A DNA stretch of 44,310 nucleotides, from assembly GCA_963705915.1 (NCBI GenBank), contig OY970126.1, forward strand, positions 362,306-406,615, in the 5' to 3' direction. The position numbers were made by a program, and so were the translations under genes. A model generated the notes under the pieces. That model was given only the letters and a program-made list of their open reading frames with translations. It was not told the origin of the DNA and did not search any database. The DNA is from an uncultured bacterium (GTDB taxonomy: Bacteria; Patescibacteriota; Minisyncoccia; UBA6257; 2-01-FULL-56-20). This document shows positions 17,713-26,054 of this stretch, in pieces. How positions within the stretch are numbered: the first letter of the stretch is position 1; every line of letters begins with the position of its first letter.

Positions 17713-18282
17713 ATGGCCACAAAAATCCCGCCCCACAAAAAGCCGGACCCCGAACGGATCAATCTCACGCCGATCCCTATGACACCCGAGGGTATCGAGG
17801 CGCTTCAAGAAAAACTTGCCCGACTCAAAGCGCGATTGCCTGCGCTTGCCGAAGAAACCGCGCGCACGGCGGCGTACGGCGACCGGTCGGACAACGCAGA
17901 ATACAAACTGGCAAAAAGCGCTTTGCGGCGGACAACGTTTGAATCATATCGAATCGAAGATCAATTAAAGCGCGTGGTTCCGATTGTGCGCGGCTCGGAA
18001 AACGGCGCAGTGAGGCTTGGGTCGGTGGTGACCGTGGAGGTTGTTGAGGCAGACGCGGACGTGGATGCCCAGGCGAAGGCGCCCGAGAAGGCAACCGTGC
18101 CAAGCACTGCAGACCGAAGACTGTTCGAGATTCTCGGTCCCACGGAAACCGACCCTTCGCGCGGCCGCATTTCGCACGAATCCCCGCTCGGCAAGGCACT
18201 CATCGGACATAAAAAAGGAGATATTGTTGCCGTGAGCGCCGAGAACGGCAAAAAAGAATATAGGATCGTGGACGTGGATTAG
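17713..18282 (+). CDS. greA: GreA/GreB-family transcript cleavage factor with an Ala/Asp-rich insertion
   Basis: Start trimmed to MATKIPP. Coiled-coil N-domain with DRSDNAEYKLAK. C-terminal ISHESPLGKALIGHKKGDIV...YRIVDV. Confidence 0.8.
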   Translation: MATKIPPHKKPDPERINLTPIPMTPEGIEALQEKLARLKARLPALAEETARTAAYGDRSDNAEYKLAKSALRRTTFESYRIEDQLKRVVPIVRGSENGAVRLGSVVTVEVVEADADVDAQAKAPEKATVPSTADRRLFEILGPTETDPSRGRISHESPLGKALIGHKKGDIVAVSAENGKKEYRIVDVD

Positions 18283-18415
18283 TAAAAAGAAAACCGCTCT
18301 TGCGAGCGGATTTCTTGGGAGTTCGGCTCCCAACGAACTATCAACCTTATCTAAATTTTATTCCACCCAGAAATGTTGTCAAGTGTTTGCCATTAAATTT
18401 AGGTAAACTAATAGG

Positions 18416-18901
18416 GTGAAAGCCGCAAACATTTTCAAACTCATCACCGCGATCGTTGTTTCCGAAGCCGCCGGCATCGTGGGATCCATCTTCACCGTGA
18501 GGGCAATCCCCGAATGGTACGCGACACTCGCAAAGCCATCGTTCAATCCCCCGTCATGGCTCTTCGGCCCGGTCTGGACAACGCTCTATCTTCTCATGGG
18601 AATCTCGGCGTTTCTCGTCTGGAAGAAAATCTCCGAACGCTCCCTCGCTCGTGACGTAAAAATTGCGCTCGCCGTATTCGGCGCCCAGCTTGTCATGAAC
18701 ACCCTTTGGTCAATCGTCTTCTTCGGCCTGCACAGTCCGGCATGGGCCTTCGTCGTGATTATCGCGCTCTGGGTCACCATCGTCTGGACGATGATCGCGT
18801 TCTACAAAATCTCACATCCTGCGATGTATCTCCTCGTGCCTTATATCGCCTGGGTAAGCTTTGCAGGTGTTTTGAATCTTGCTATCTGGCGGCTGAATTA
18901 G
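18416..18901 (+). CDS. tspO: TspO/MBR family tryptophan-rich sensory protein
   Basis: 161 aa, 5 TM. KPSFNPPSWLFGPVWTTLYLLMGISA...WSIVFFG...YIAWVSFAGVLN. Confidence 0.85.
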   Translation: MKAANIFKLITAIVVSEAAGIVGSIFTVRAIPEWYATLAKPSFNPPSWLFGPVWTTLYLLMGISAFLVWKKISERSLARDVKIALAVFGAQLVMNTLWSIVFFGLHSPAWAFVVIIALWVTIVWTMIAFYKISHPAMYLLVPYIAWVSFAGVLNLAIWRLN

Positions 18902-19541
18902 AGCCCTTCTTTCCTCCACTCTGCCACAAAACAAAATCAAGCATTTTCATTTCGCTTATCGTCGAATCGGGATGTTCGCGCCGGAAGCGCGTGACGAGAT
19001 ACCGCCCCGTCGGCGTTTTGAGAAACGCATTGAATCCCAGTTCCATTTCTTTGTGGAGCGCCGTGACCATGCGGACGCGCTCCTCCTGGTTCTTTTTGTT
19101 TTCACGCGCACTTTTCCTCTTTCGCACCGGTGGAAGCGTGCGGCCGATATACGAAAGCACGTGCCGGTCTATGATGGGGAGATTCGGATCGAGCGTGGCC
19201 GCCATCTTACTCGCAAATGATGCTTCCACCTGGCCCGTGGCCTTGAGGAGCAGCGTGAGGATTTCGCCGAAGTCCGTGCGCTTGGCTCGTTTGCCGCCTT
19301 TTCCCCGCGACGCCTGGGCGTAGAAGATCGCATAGAACTTCTTGCGCCACCGTGCATTCCGCCGGACCTGGTAGAAATAGTTGAACTTGCGTTCGTAGTC
19401 CGAAATCTTGTGCGCCCGGTGCAGATTTTTGCGGAGATCGCCGTATACCGCGAGATCTTTATTCCAACGCTTGAGGTCGCGGGTGGAGAAGAAGGAGGTG
19501 ATGTCGGATTTTCCTAAAACCAATACCACTGATTGTTTCAT
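18882..19541 (-). CDS. hypothetical basic protein (219 aa)
   Basis: Intact ORF 14 nt downstream of the MazF-like gene. The segment VEASFASKMAATLDPNLPIIDRHV reminds me of OGG-fold/HhH-like hypothetical proteins, but this is unverified. Confidence 0.55.
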   Translation of the reverse strand: MKQSVVLVLGKSDITSFFSTRDLKRWNKDLAVYGDLRKNLHRAHKISDYERKFNYFYQVRRNARWRKKFYAIFYAQASRGKGGKRAKRTDFGEILTLLLKATGQVEASFASKMAATLDPNLPIIDRHVLSYIGRTLPPVRKRKSARENKKNQEERVRMVTALHKEMELGFNAFLKTPTGRYLVTRFRREHPDSTISEMKMLDFVLWQSGGKKGSNSAAR

Positions 19542-19555
19542 GTGGATTGAAGAAA

Positions 19556-19951
19556 CTATTGCATGCTTATGTCACGGTCGAGTTTTTGACTTAGTATGAT
19601 GAAATCACCCTTTTTGATGATGCCAATTTTACGCTTTAATCGTTTGGAGTCAATAAGTCGTATCTGCGAAAGGATCGCGGTACTCACGTCGGGCGGGCGG
19701 AAAGAAAATTGAAAATAAAACCCGCCCTCTTTTCTTGTGGTTGTAAGCGGAATCGCCCATAAGACTTCATTGCCAAACTTGCGCAAAATAATAATCGGGC
19801 GAAGGAATTGATCACCGATGCCATCTTGTTCGTGACCAATGTTTGCGCCAAGATGGCAAAGCCAAATCTCTCGCTCTTTAAAATCCAGCAGAATCTCGGC
19901 ATCGTTGATTGCAGCCTTTTTCTTATGCCAGCTCTTAAAATCTTTTTGCAT
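19556..19951 (-). CDS. PemK/MazF-family toxin-like protein
   Basis: 131 aa. REIWLCHLGANIGHEQDG...FLRPIIILRKFGNEVLWAIPLTT...AILSQIRLIDSKRL matches the MazF/PemK SH3-like fold signature. Confidence 0.7.
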   Translation of the reverse strand: MQKDFKSWHKKKAAINDAEILLDFKEREIWLCHLGANIGHEQDGIGDQFLRPIIILRKFGNEVLWAIPLTTTRKEGGFYFQFSFRPPDVSTAILSQIRLIDSKRLKRKIGIIKKGDFIILSQKLDRDISMQ

Positions 19952-20021
19952 ATCATGCCCATTCTAAAGGTTGCTGGATTAAAACTATCTAAAAAGTTCT
20001 TATTCATGCCTGTGGATATCA

Positions 20022-20054
20022 CTACCTTGACAGAACAAGGTAGCTTGCTACAAT
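20022..20054 (+). promoter_or_regulatory. padR promoter TTGACA-16nt-TACAAT with an overlapping 8-bp inverted repeat (candidate operator); apparently leaderless
   Basis: -35 at 20027..20032, -10 at 20049..20054, ATG at 20061 (6 nt after the -10). Inverted repeat CTACCTTG (20022-20029) / CAAGGTAG (20036-20043). Confidence 0.5.
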
Positions 20055-20060
20055 GCAAGT

Positions 20061-20438
20061 ATGCCTCCGGAAAAAGACCGCAAAACGGAAACCAAAGACA
20101 AATTTGACCCGATCCGCAAAGGGCTTCTTGAATACGTTGTACTGAGCGTCATATCGGCGCGGAAAGTATATGCTGCGGATATTTTGGAAATGCTTATGGC
20201 GACGGAATTTGAAACGCAAGAAGGAACGCTCTATCCCCTGCTCTCGCGCCTCCGGCGCGAAGGGACGGTTGAGTATGAGTGGGTGGAGTCGGACGCCGGG
20301 CCGCCCCGCAAATATTATCGCCTCACCGCAAAGGGCAAAGAACAGCTCGCGGCGCTCGGCGATTATTGGGCAGAGTTGAATGACACGATAAAAAATTTTG
20401 GGAAAGGCCGGAATAAAACTGGAGAACGTGAAAAATAA
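20061..20438 (+). CDS. PadR-family transcriptional regulator
   Basis: LEYVVLSVISARKVYAADILEML...TLYPLLSRLRREGTVEYEWVES...PRKYYRLTAKGKEQL winged-helix signature. Confidence 0.88.
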   Translation: MPPEKDRKTETKDKFDPIRKGLLEYVVLSVISARKVYAADILEMLMATEFETQEGTLYPLLSRLRREGTVEYEWVESDAGPPRKYYRLTAKGKEQLAALGDYWAELNDTIKNFGKGRNKTGEREK

Positions 20439-20458
20439 AAGGATCACACCCGAAAATC

Positions 20459-21709
20459 ATGAACAAAGTTATAACCATCAATTTAAACGGCAGGGCGTAT
20501 CAGCTTGAAGAAGCCGGCTACGAATCCCTGCGGAACTATCTCGACCAGGCCGGCGCAAAACTGGCGGACAATCCGGATAAAGACGAAATCATGGCAGATT
20601 TTGAGCAGGCGATCGCCGACAAATGCGACGCGCGTCTCTCGCCGCAAAAAAACGTTATCACGACGACGGAAATTGAAGACATCATCAAGGCGATGGGACC
20701 GGTGGACGCGGGTTCGGGCGCGAGTGCGACTGGCGCAGCTCGCGTGAACGCAGCGGACGGCAACGCGAACGTTGACACCGCAGGCGTTGCGGGCGGCAGC
20801 GCGAACGCGAACGGCGGACCAAAACGGCTCTATCGAATCCCTCGCGGCGAATGGCTCGCGGGCGTTTGCATGGGACTCTCTGCATACTTTAATATCGACG
20901 TCACCGTGATTCGTGTGCTCTTTGTGCTTCTCACGCTCTTCACGCACGGCTTCTGGGCGCTCGCATATATTCTTTTCTGGATCGTGATGCCGGTTGCGCG
21001 CACAGACGATGAACTCGCTGCCGCGCGTGGCACAAAGCCGTTTAACGCGCACGATTTTATTGAGCAGGCAAAAGCGCGGTATGCAGAATTCCAAAAAGAA
21101 TTTCCGCACCACCCGCCAGCGCCCGAAGCCCCTGGACCGGACGCTGATCGCGATGCGTGGCGAAAATGGAAAGACGAGATGAAGCAATGGAAGCACGAAT
21201 GGAAAGCGGATATGCACCGTGAACGCGCCCGTCGACGGGAGGAAATGCGTACGTATCGCCACGGTTGGCAGAATCACCCTTGGAAAAATCAGTCGTGGCA
21301 GAATCGTCCTTGGCGGGATGATCAGGCTACACGGAGCGGCATGGGCTTCTTCCGCTTTTTGATGGGGCTTATCCTTGCTGCGCTTTTCCTTTTGTGGGCG
21401 TATGCGCTCTGGACAATCTTCAAATACGGTACTATTTTCGGATTTGCCGTCGTGGCGTCGCACCCGCTCTGGATGAGCATTGTCTTCGTCTGCGCACTCT
21501 TCTATGCACTCGCCATCCCCTTCCGAATGCTCATGCGCGGCGCACGACCAGAGGAGTGGCAACACTATAGCGCCTTCAACGATGTGGTTGAATCACTCTT
21601 CTTTATTCTTGCGCTTTATCTCCTTGTATACCTGGGCCGGGATTTATTCCCGTCGGTGAACGTTGCATATCAAATGGTTGTAACGTGGGTTCGAGGGCTG
21701 CGGTGGTAG
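20459..21709 (+). CDS. PspC-domain membrane protein
   Basis: LYRIPRGEWLAGVCMGLSAYFNIDVTVIRVLFVLLTLF..GFWALAYILFWIVMP is a PspC domain. Trp-rich repeat HGWQNHPWKNQSWQNRPW. C-terminal TM helices. Confidence 0.8.
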   Translation: MNKVITINLNGRAYQLEEAGYESLRNYLDQAGAKLADNPDKDEIMADFEQAIADKCDARLSPQKNVITTTEIEDIIKAMGPVDAGSGASATGAARVNAADGNANVDTAGVAGGSANANGGPKRLYRIPRGEWLAGVCMGLSAYFNIDVTVIRVLFVLLTLFTHGFWALAYILFWIVMPVARTDDELAAARGTKPFNAHDFIEQAKARYAEFQKEFPHHPPAPEAPGPDADRDAWRKWKDEMKQWKHEWKADMHRERARRREEMRTYRHGWQNHPWKNQSWQNRPWRDDQATRSGMGFFRFLMGLILAALFLLWAYALWTIFKYGTIFGFAVVASHPLWMSIVFVCALFYALAIPFRMLMRGARPEEWQHYSAFNDVVESLFFILALYLLVYLGRDLFPSVNVAYQMVVTWVRGLRW

Positions 21710-21713
21710 GGAT

Positions 21714-21760
21714 TAAAAAAACGGGCCGGTGAGAGATGATCTCATCGGCCTGCCTCTTTC
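21714..21760. terminator. bidirectional terminator between the PspC gene and the convergent ORF
   Basis: 9-bp stem 21724-21732/21742-21750 with an A7 run on one side and T-rich sequence on the other. Confidence 0.6.
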
Positions 21761-21767
21761 TGAGCAT

Positions 21768-22316
21768 TCAGTTTGGCTTTCCTGTCGCAGGAAAATCGAT
21801 TTCGCTATCGAGCGGTAGGTCGTTGACCACAAGAACATGCACGGAATCGTTCTCCAACACGGAGACGGAGCCTTCGAGAACGATCTTTGACCGAGGAACG
21901 CCGGCAGCCCGTACTTCATCTTGCACCATCTTGACCTCGGGACTTCGCGCCGCCCATTCGCCCAAGGCAAGCTGAATGCGCTCAGTCCATGCCTTGAGTT
22001 GGCTTGCGGTTACAACAACCTGACGAGTTGCTGCCTCGACAATCGCTTGCCGGAAAAAGCGTCCGTTGAAATGTACGACCCCGAAACTTTCGATCGTCAC
22101 CCCGTCTTCGTCGGCAAGACTGAGAAGTTGTGGGTGGAATGCCGAATCAGATGGGTCCATTGCGGGAACAATGTCGACCACCCGAAAGGGCCCATCGCTC
22201 TCAAACACGGCTCGCAAAACAGACACATGATCTTTGAAATCGCCGGTGAGCTGGTCCGCAGATCGGAGAAAAACTATATCGCCGACGTCAAACATATCGA
22301 TTCCGGGTTTTCCCAT
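21768..22316 (-). CDS. hypothetical protein (183 aa)
   Basis: Start trimmed to MGKPGIDMFDVGD at ATG 22316. No recognisable domain. Confidence 0.55.
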   Translation of the reverse strand: MGKPGIDMFDVGDIVFLRSADQLTGDFKDHVSVLRAVFESDGPFRVVDIVPAMDPSDSAFHPQLLSLADEDGVTIESFGVVHFNGRFFRQAIVEAATRQVVVTASQLKAWTERIQLALGEWAARSPEVKMVQDEVRAAGVPRSKIVLEGSVSVLENDSVHVLVVNDLPLDSEIDFPATGKPN

Positions 22317-22320
22317 GTCT

Positions 22321-22337
22321 CCCCCCCCCTTTTTTTT
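22321..22337 (-). repeat. A8-G9 homopolymer pair immediately upstream of the start codon (minus strand: AAAAAAAAGGGGGGGGGAGACATG)
   Basis: Plus strand reads C9 (22321-22329) then T8 (22330-22337). The tract occupies the RBS position of ORF 21768..22316. Confidence 0.9.
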
Positions 22338-22395
22338 CTCGAATTGAGATATCAATACCACTCTATCCTTTATCGCAAAGCCCACAACAAAAGTC

Positions 22396-22425
22396 AAAAG
22401 CGCCCCATACGAGGCGCTTTTTTTC
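22396..22425. terminator. intrinsic terminator downstream of the restored fusA stop
   Basis: agcgcc-ccatacga-ggcgct stem flanked by A- and T-runs. It lies 3 nt beyond the TAA at 22428..22430. Confidence 0.6.
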
Positions 22426-22488
22426 TTTTACCGCTTCTTCCCTTCGATGATGAGCTGCGCGACGTTATTCGGCGCCGGCTCGTAGTGG

Positions 22489-24534
22489 TCAAATTCCATA
22501 CGTGAAGTTGCCGCGGCCCTGCGTCATGGAGCGGAGTTCAGTCGCATAGCCGAACATTTCGGAGAGCGGGATCTTGGCGTTGATCACTTTGAGACCCGGG
22601 CGGTCTTCCATCGATTCGATGCGTCCGCGCTTTGAGTTCACGTTGCCCGTCACTTCACCCATGAAATTTTCGGGAACGATGACTTGGATTTTCATGATCG
22701 GTTCCAGAATCACCGGCTTCGCGCGCTTTGCGGCTTCCTGGAATGCCATTGAGCCTGCAATTTTGAATGCGGCTTCGGACGAGTCCACTTCGTGGAACGA
22801 ACCGTCGTAGAGCGTCACCTCGACGTCCACCACCGGATAGCCCGCGAGAATGCCTTTGTCGAGCGCTTCTTTTACGCCTTTTTCCGTTGGGCCGATGAAT
22901 TCTTTTGGCACCACGCCTCCTTTAATCTCGTCGAGGAACACAAAACCGGTGCCGCGTTCGAGCGGTTTCACGCGGAGCCAGACGTCGCCGTATTGGCCGC
23001 GGCCGCCGGACTGCTTGATGTATTTTCCTTCGGCTTCCGCTTCGCCCATAATGGTTTCTTTGTAGGCAACCTGCGGCCGGCCGACGTTCGCTTCCACATT
23101 GAATTCGCGCTTCATGCGATCAACGATAATTTCCAAATGCAATTCGCCCATGCCGCTGATGATCGTCTCGCCCGTCTCGGCGTCGCCCGCAACGCGGAAC
23201 GTCGGATCTTCTTCGGCGAGGCGATGCAAGGCAATACCCATTTTTTCCTGGTCAGCTTTCGTTTTTGGTTCGATGCGCAAGCCGATGACAGGTTCTGGGA
23301 ATGTGATTTTTTCGAGAATGACGGGGCTCGCCGGATCGCAGATGGTGTCGCCGGTCGTCGTATTCTTCAGGCCTACGATTGCCGCGATTTCACCCGCATA
23401 GATTTCGTCCACTTCTTCACGATCGTTCGCGTGCATACGCACGATGCGGCCGACACGTTCCTGCTGGCCTTTCGTTGCATTATAAATATAGGAGCCGCGT
23501 TTGAAGATGCCGGAATAATTCCGGAAGAATGCAAGGGAACCGACGAAGGGGTCGGTTGCGATCTTGAATGCGAGGCCGGTGAAGGGTTCGTTGTCTGTTG
23601 CGTGGCGAAGAATCTCGGCGCCTGTTTTCTCATCAACGCCTTTGACCGGCGGGAGGTCGGTTGGCGCCGGCAAAAACTCCACGACGGCGTCGAGCATGAA
23701 TTGCACGCCTTTGTTTTTCAAGGCAGAACCGGTGAGCACGGGAACAATCGTGTTTGCAATCACGGCTTTGCGAAGCGTCTTCCGAAGATCGTCGAGCGAA
23801 ATTTCTTTGCCGTCGAGATAGGCCGCCATCACGGCGTCGTCGTTCTCTGCAATTTTTTCGATGAGCGTGTGACGCGCTTTTTCAACATCGGCCTTCATGT
23901 CGTCCGGAACCGGGATTTCGTTGATGTTTTCTCCGTGTTCCCCTTCGAAGGCGTAGGCCTTGTTCTCGAGTAAGTCCACAACGCCTTTAAAGTCGCTTTC
24001 AGTGCCGATCGGAAGCTGGATCGGAATTGCATTTGGCGTGAGGCGGTCGAGGATCGATTGGAAGCTCTTATAGAATGATGCGCCGCTGCGGTCGAGTTTA
24101 TTGATAAAACAAATGCGCGGCACTTTGTATTCGTCGGCATAGCGCCAGTTGGTTTCGGACTGCGGTTCAACGCCGGCCACGCCGTCGAATACCACAACCG
24201 CGCCGTCCAAAACGCGGAGCGAGCGCTTCACCTCAACGGTGAAGTCGATGTGTCCCGGCGTGTCGATGAGGTTGATGCGATGTTCAAAATTTTTGTCGCC
24301 TTTGTGATAGGTTGGTGTCCAGAACGCCGTCGTCGCGGCGGATGTGATCGTGATGCCGCGCTCGCGCTCCTGTTCCATCCAGTCCATCACGGTGTCGCCC
24401 GTATGCACCTCGCCGATTTTGTGCGAAACGCCGGTATAAAAAAGCACACGTTCGGAGACGGTCGTTTTGCCGGCATCAATGTGCGCAATGATGCCGATAT
24501 TCCTGACTTTTTCGATCGGATACTGACGGGGCAT
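22489..24534 (-). CDS. fusA: elongation factor G; C-terminal 23 codons are displaced into the +1 frame (restored gene would be 22428..24534)
   Basis: [28 protein letters not shown]-motifs. The ORF ends ...[10 protein letters not shown], whereas skipping T at 22500 gives the conserved ...[27 protein letters not shown]. Confidence 0.93.
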   Translation of the reverse strand: MPRQYPIEKVRNIGIIAHIDAGKTTVSERVLFYTGVSHKIGEVHTGDTVMDWMEQERERGITITSAATTAFWTPTYHKGDKNFEHRINLIDTPGHIDFTVEVKRSLRVLDGAVVVFDGVAGVEPQSETNWRYADEYKVPRICFINKLDRSGASFYKSFQSILDRLTPNAIPIQLPIGTESDFKGVVDLLENKAYAFEGEHGENINEIPVPDDMKADVEKARHTLIEKIAENDDAVMAAYLDGKEISLDDLRKTLRKAVIANTIVPVLTGSALKNKGVQFMLDAVVEFLPAPTDLPPVKGVDEKTGAEILRHATDNEPFTGLAFKIATDPFVGSLAFFRNYSGIFKRGSYIYNATKGQQERVGRIVRMHANDREEVDEIYAGEIAAIVGLKNTTTGDTICDPASPVILEKITFPEPVIGLRIEPKTKADQEKMGIALHRLAEEDPTFRVAGDAETGETIISGMGELHLEIIVDRMKREFNVEANVGRPQVAYKETIMGEAEAEGKYIKQSGGRGQYGDVWLRVKPLERGTGFVFLDEIKGGVVPKEFIGPTEKGVKEALDKGILAGYPVVDVEVTLYDGSFHEVDSSEAAFKIAGSMAFQEAAKRAKPVILEPIMKIQVIVPENFMGEVTGNVNSKRGRIESMEDRPGLKVINAKIPLSEMFGYATELRSMTQGRGNFTYGI

Positions 24535-24552
24535 ATTCGTAATTTCGTAAAA

Positions 24553-25020
24553 TTATCTGGCGAAATGTGCAAACGCGCGATTCGCTTCTGCCATGCGGTG
24601 CATGTCGAGTTTCTTCTTAATCGCTGCGCCCTCGTTCTTGGAGGCGGCGATCAATTCTTCGGCAAGCTTGTCGGCCATCGGCTTTCCTTTCTTTGAACGC
24701 GCAGCACCGATGATCCAGCGGAGCGCCAAGATGAAGCGTCGCTCGGGGCGAACTTCGCGCGGCACCTGGTAGTTGGCGCCGCCAACGCGCTTTGAAGCGA
24801 CTTCGAGCAGCGGCATGACGTTTTCCAAGGCTTTTTCGAAAACCTTCATTGGATCTTCTTTGGTTGCCTCCTTCACTTTGTCGAATGCGGAATAGACAAG
24901 TTTTTCAGCCGTGGATTTCTTTCCGTCTTTCATCACGTAGTTGATGAAGCGACCAAGCTCAACGCGGCCGTGGACGGCATCTGGTTCGTAATATTTTTTA
25001 TAAACGCGCTTTTTTCTCAT
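24553..25020 (-). CDS. rpsG: 30S ribosomal protein S7
   Basis: 155 aa, [15 protein letters not shown]...[17 protein letters not shown]...[12 protein letters not shown]. Confidence 0.97.
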   Translation of the reverse strand: MRKKRVYKKYYEPDAVHGRVELGRFINYVMKDGKKSTAEKLVYSAFDKVKEATKEDPMKVFEKALENVMPLLEVASKRVGGANYQVPREVRPERRFILALRWIIGAARSKKGKPMADKLAEELIAASKNEGAAIKKKLDMHRMAEANRAFAHFAR

Positions 25021-25035
25021 GATGCTTATGCTCTA

Positions 25036-25446
25036 TTATTTGCCGTGCTTCGCGCCATATTTCGAGCGCTGTTGTTTGCGACCTTCAACGCCCGTTGTAT
25101 CGAGCACGCCCCGGACGATGTGATAGCGAACACCCGGAAGATCTTTCACGCGGCCGCCGCGCAACATGACGATGGAGTGCTCTTGCAAGGCATGGCCTTC
25201 GCCCGGAATGTAGGCGGTAACTTCGGTGCCGTTCGTGAGGCGCACGCGGGCAACCTTGCGCAACGCTGAGTTCGGTTTCTTTGGTGTGGTGGTAAACACC
25301 TTCACGCACACACCGCGCTTGAACGGTGCACTCGAATTAACCGGACGGTTCTTGATGGAATTAAAATAGAATGCCAAAGCCGGCGACTTGCTCTTCGCCT
25401 TGTTGGGTTTTCTGCCATGCTTAATTAATTGACGGACGGTTGGCAT
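25036..25446 (-). CDS. rpsL: 30S ribosomal protein S12
   Basis: Start trimmed to [34 protein letters not shown]...[19 protein letters not shown]. Confidence 0.97.
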   Translation of the reverse strand: MPTVRQLIKHGRKPNKAKSKSPALAFYFNSIKNRPVNSSAPFKRGVCVKVFTTTPKKPNSALRKVARVRLTNGTEVTAYIPGEGHALQEHSIVMLRGGRVKDLPGVRYHIVRGVLDTTGVEGRKQQRSKYGAKHGK

Positions 25447-25495
25447 AAGGTTCAAAAAAGATTCGGGAGCTCGGAAGCCCACCGAACATTGATGT

Positions 25496-25524
25496 ATTCT
25501 AGGGTGTGTTCGTTTTTTTGTCAA
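25496..25524 (-). promoter_or_regulatory. sigma70-like promoter TTGACA-17nt-TAGAAT for rpsL-rpsG-fusA
   Basis: Exact TTGACA (25524..25519), TAGAAT (25501..25496), ~43-nt 5' UTR. Confidence 0.6.
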
Positions 25525-25549
25525 CAAATTCGGGCGATGACGCGGCGAC

Positions 25550-25861
25550 AAAAGAAAAAGGCCGGAGTAAAACTCAGACCTTAGGAACGGAGGATGCGGG
25601 GCTGTCGGCTCCTGCATCCTCCGCGTTGGCCGCCGCCGAAGATAGTGCCGCTATCATCGGGCGACGTTATGTCGGAAGAAGCCCCAGGTCGCCCTCAAGC
25701 AACCTATTCATCCTCCGGCAATACGAATATATTTTCAAAAACTTGGGGCGGCGCCGAGGGTCCCATCCCCCTGACTTGGGGCACCCTGGCGCCGCCTGCC
25801 CAACCCCGCGCCGCTTCCAATGGACGCTCGGGGTATCTTGCTATTACCACCCTCTTAACTG
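25550..25861 (-). ncRNA. unclassified candidate structured RNA (~310 nt) immediately upstream of the rpsL promoter
   Basis: Promoter TTGACA-17nt-TATGAT (25896..25868). Terminator GGUCUGAG-UUUUA-CUCCGGCC + U5CU4 (25580..25550). GC-rich helices, e.g. 25747-25755/25788-25796 (9 bp perfect). No credible ORF on either strand. Confidence 0.45.
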
Positions 25862-25867
25862 CCAATG

Positions 25868-25896
25868 ATCATAAGCTAGCTTTCCCATTTTGTCAA
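25868..25896 (-). promoter_or_regulatory. sigma70-like promoter TTGACA-17nt-TATGAT
   Basis: Exact -35 at 25896..25891; -10 at 25873..25868. Confidence 0.55.
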
Positions 25897-25930
25897 CTTG
25901 AGGTAGGCTTAGCACTGTGTCGTCTGTTCC

Positions 25931-26054
25931 TGGCCCATATGGTCCTTCGGACCATATTGTGCCCTCGTTCGGAGTAGAAGATGAGTGTCTCGCTAGAGCT
26001 TGGCCCATATCGCCTTCGGCGATATTGTGCCCTCGTTCGTAGAAAATGAATGTG
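25931..26054 (+). repeat. two tandem ~70-nt units, each with a hairpin whose stem differs by compensatory changes
   Basis: Unit 1 (from 25931): tggcccatatGGTCCttcGGACCatattgtgccctcgttcg-gagtagaagatgagtgt. Unit 2 (from 26001): tggcccatatCGCCttcGGCGatattgtgccctcgttcg-tagaaaatgaatgtg. Confidence 0.8.

Noticed and set aside
12472-22488. Calling the two operon-interrupting inserts genomic islands or mobile elements
   Set aside because: No integrase, recombinase, transposase, flanking direct repeats or tRNA-fragment att sites were found. They are reported only as atypical gene order.
22489-22500. prfB-style programmed +1 frameshift at AUU UGA C in fusA
   Set aside because: Shifting at that site would produce ...FTYGI-DHYE, replacing the conserved MEF. 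The conserved frame is actually lost three codons earlier, at ACG-T-ATG. The resemblance comes from the native TTT GAC being read out of frame.
25931-26054. CRISPR array or mobile-element terminal repeats
   Set aside because: There are only two directly adjacent units with no spacers, no cas genes and no transposase. The whole window has no array-like periodic repeats.
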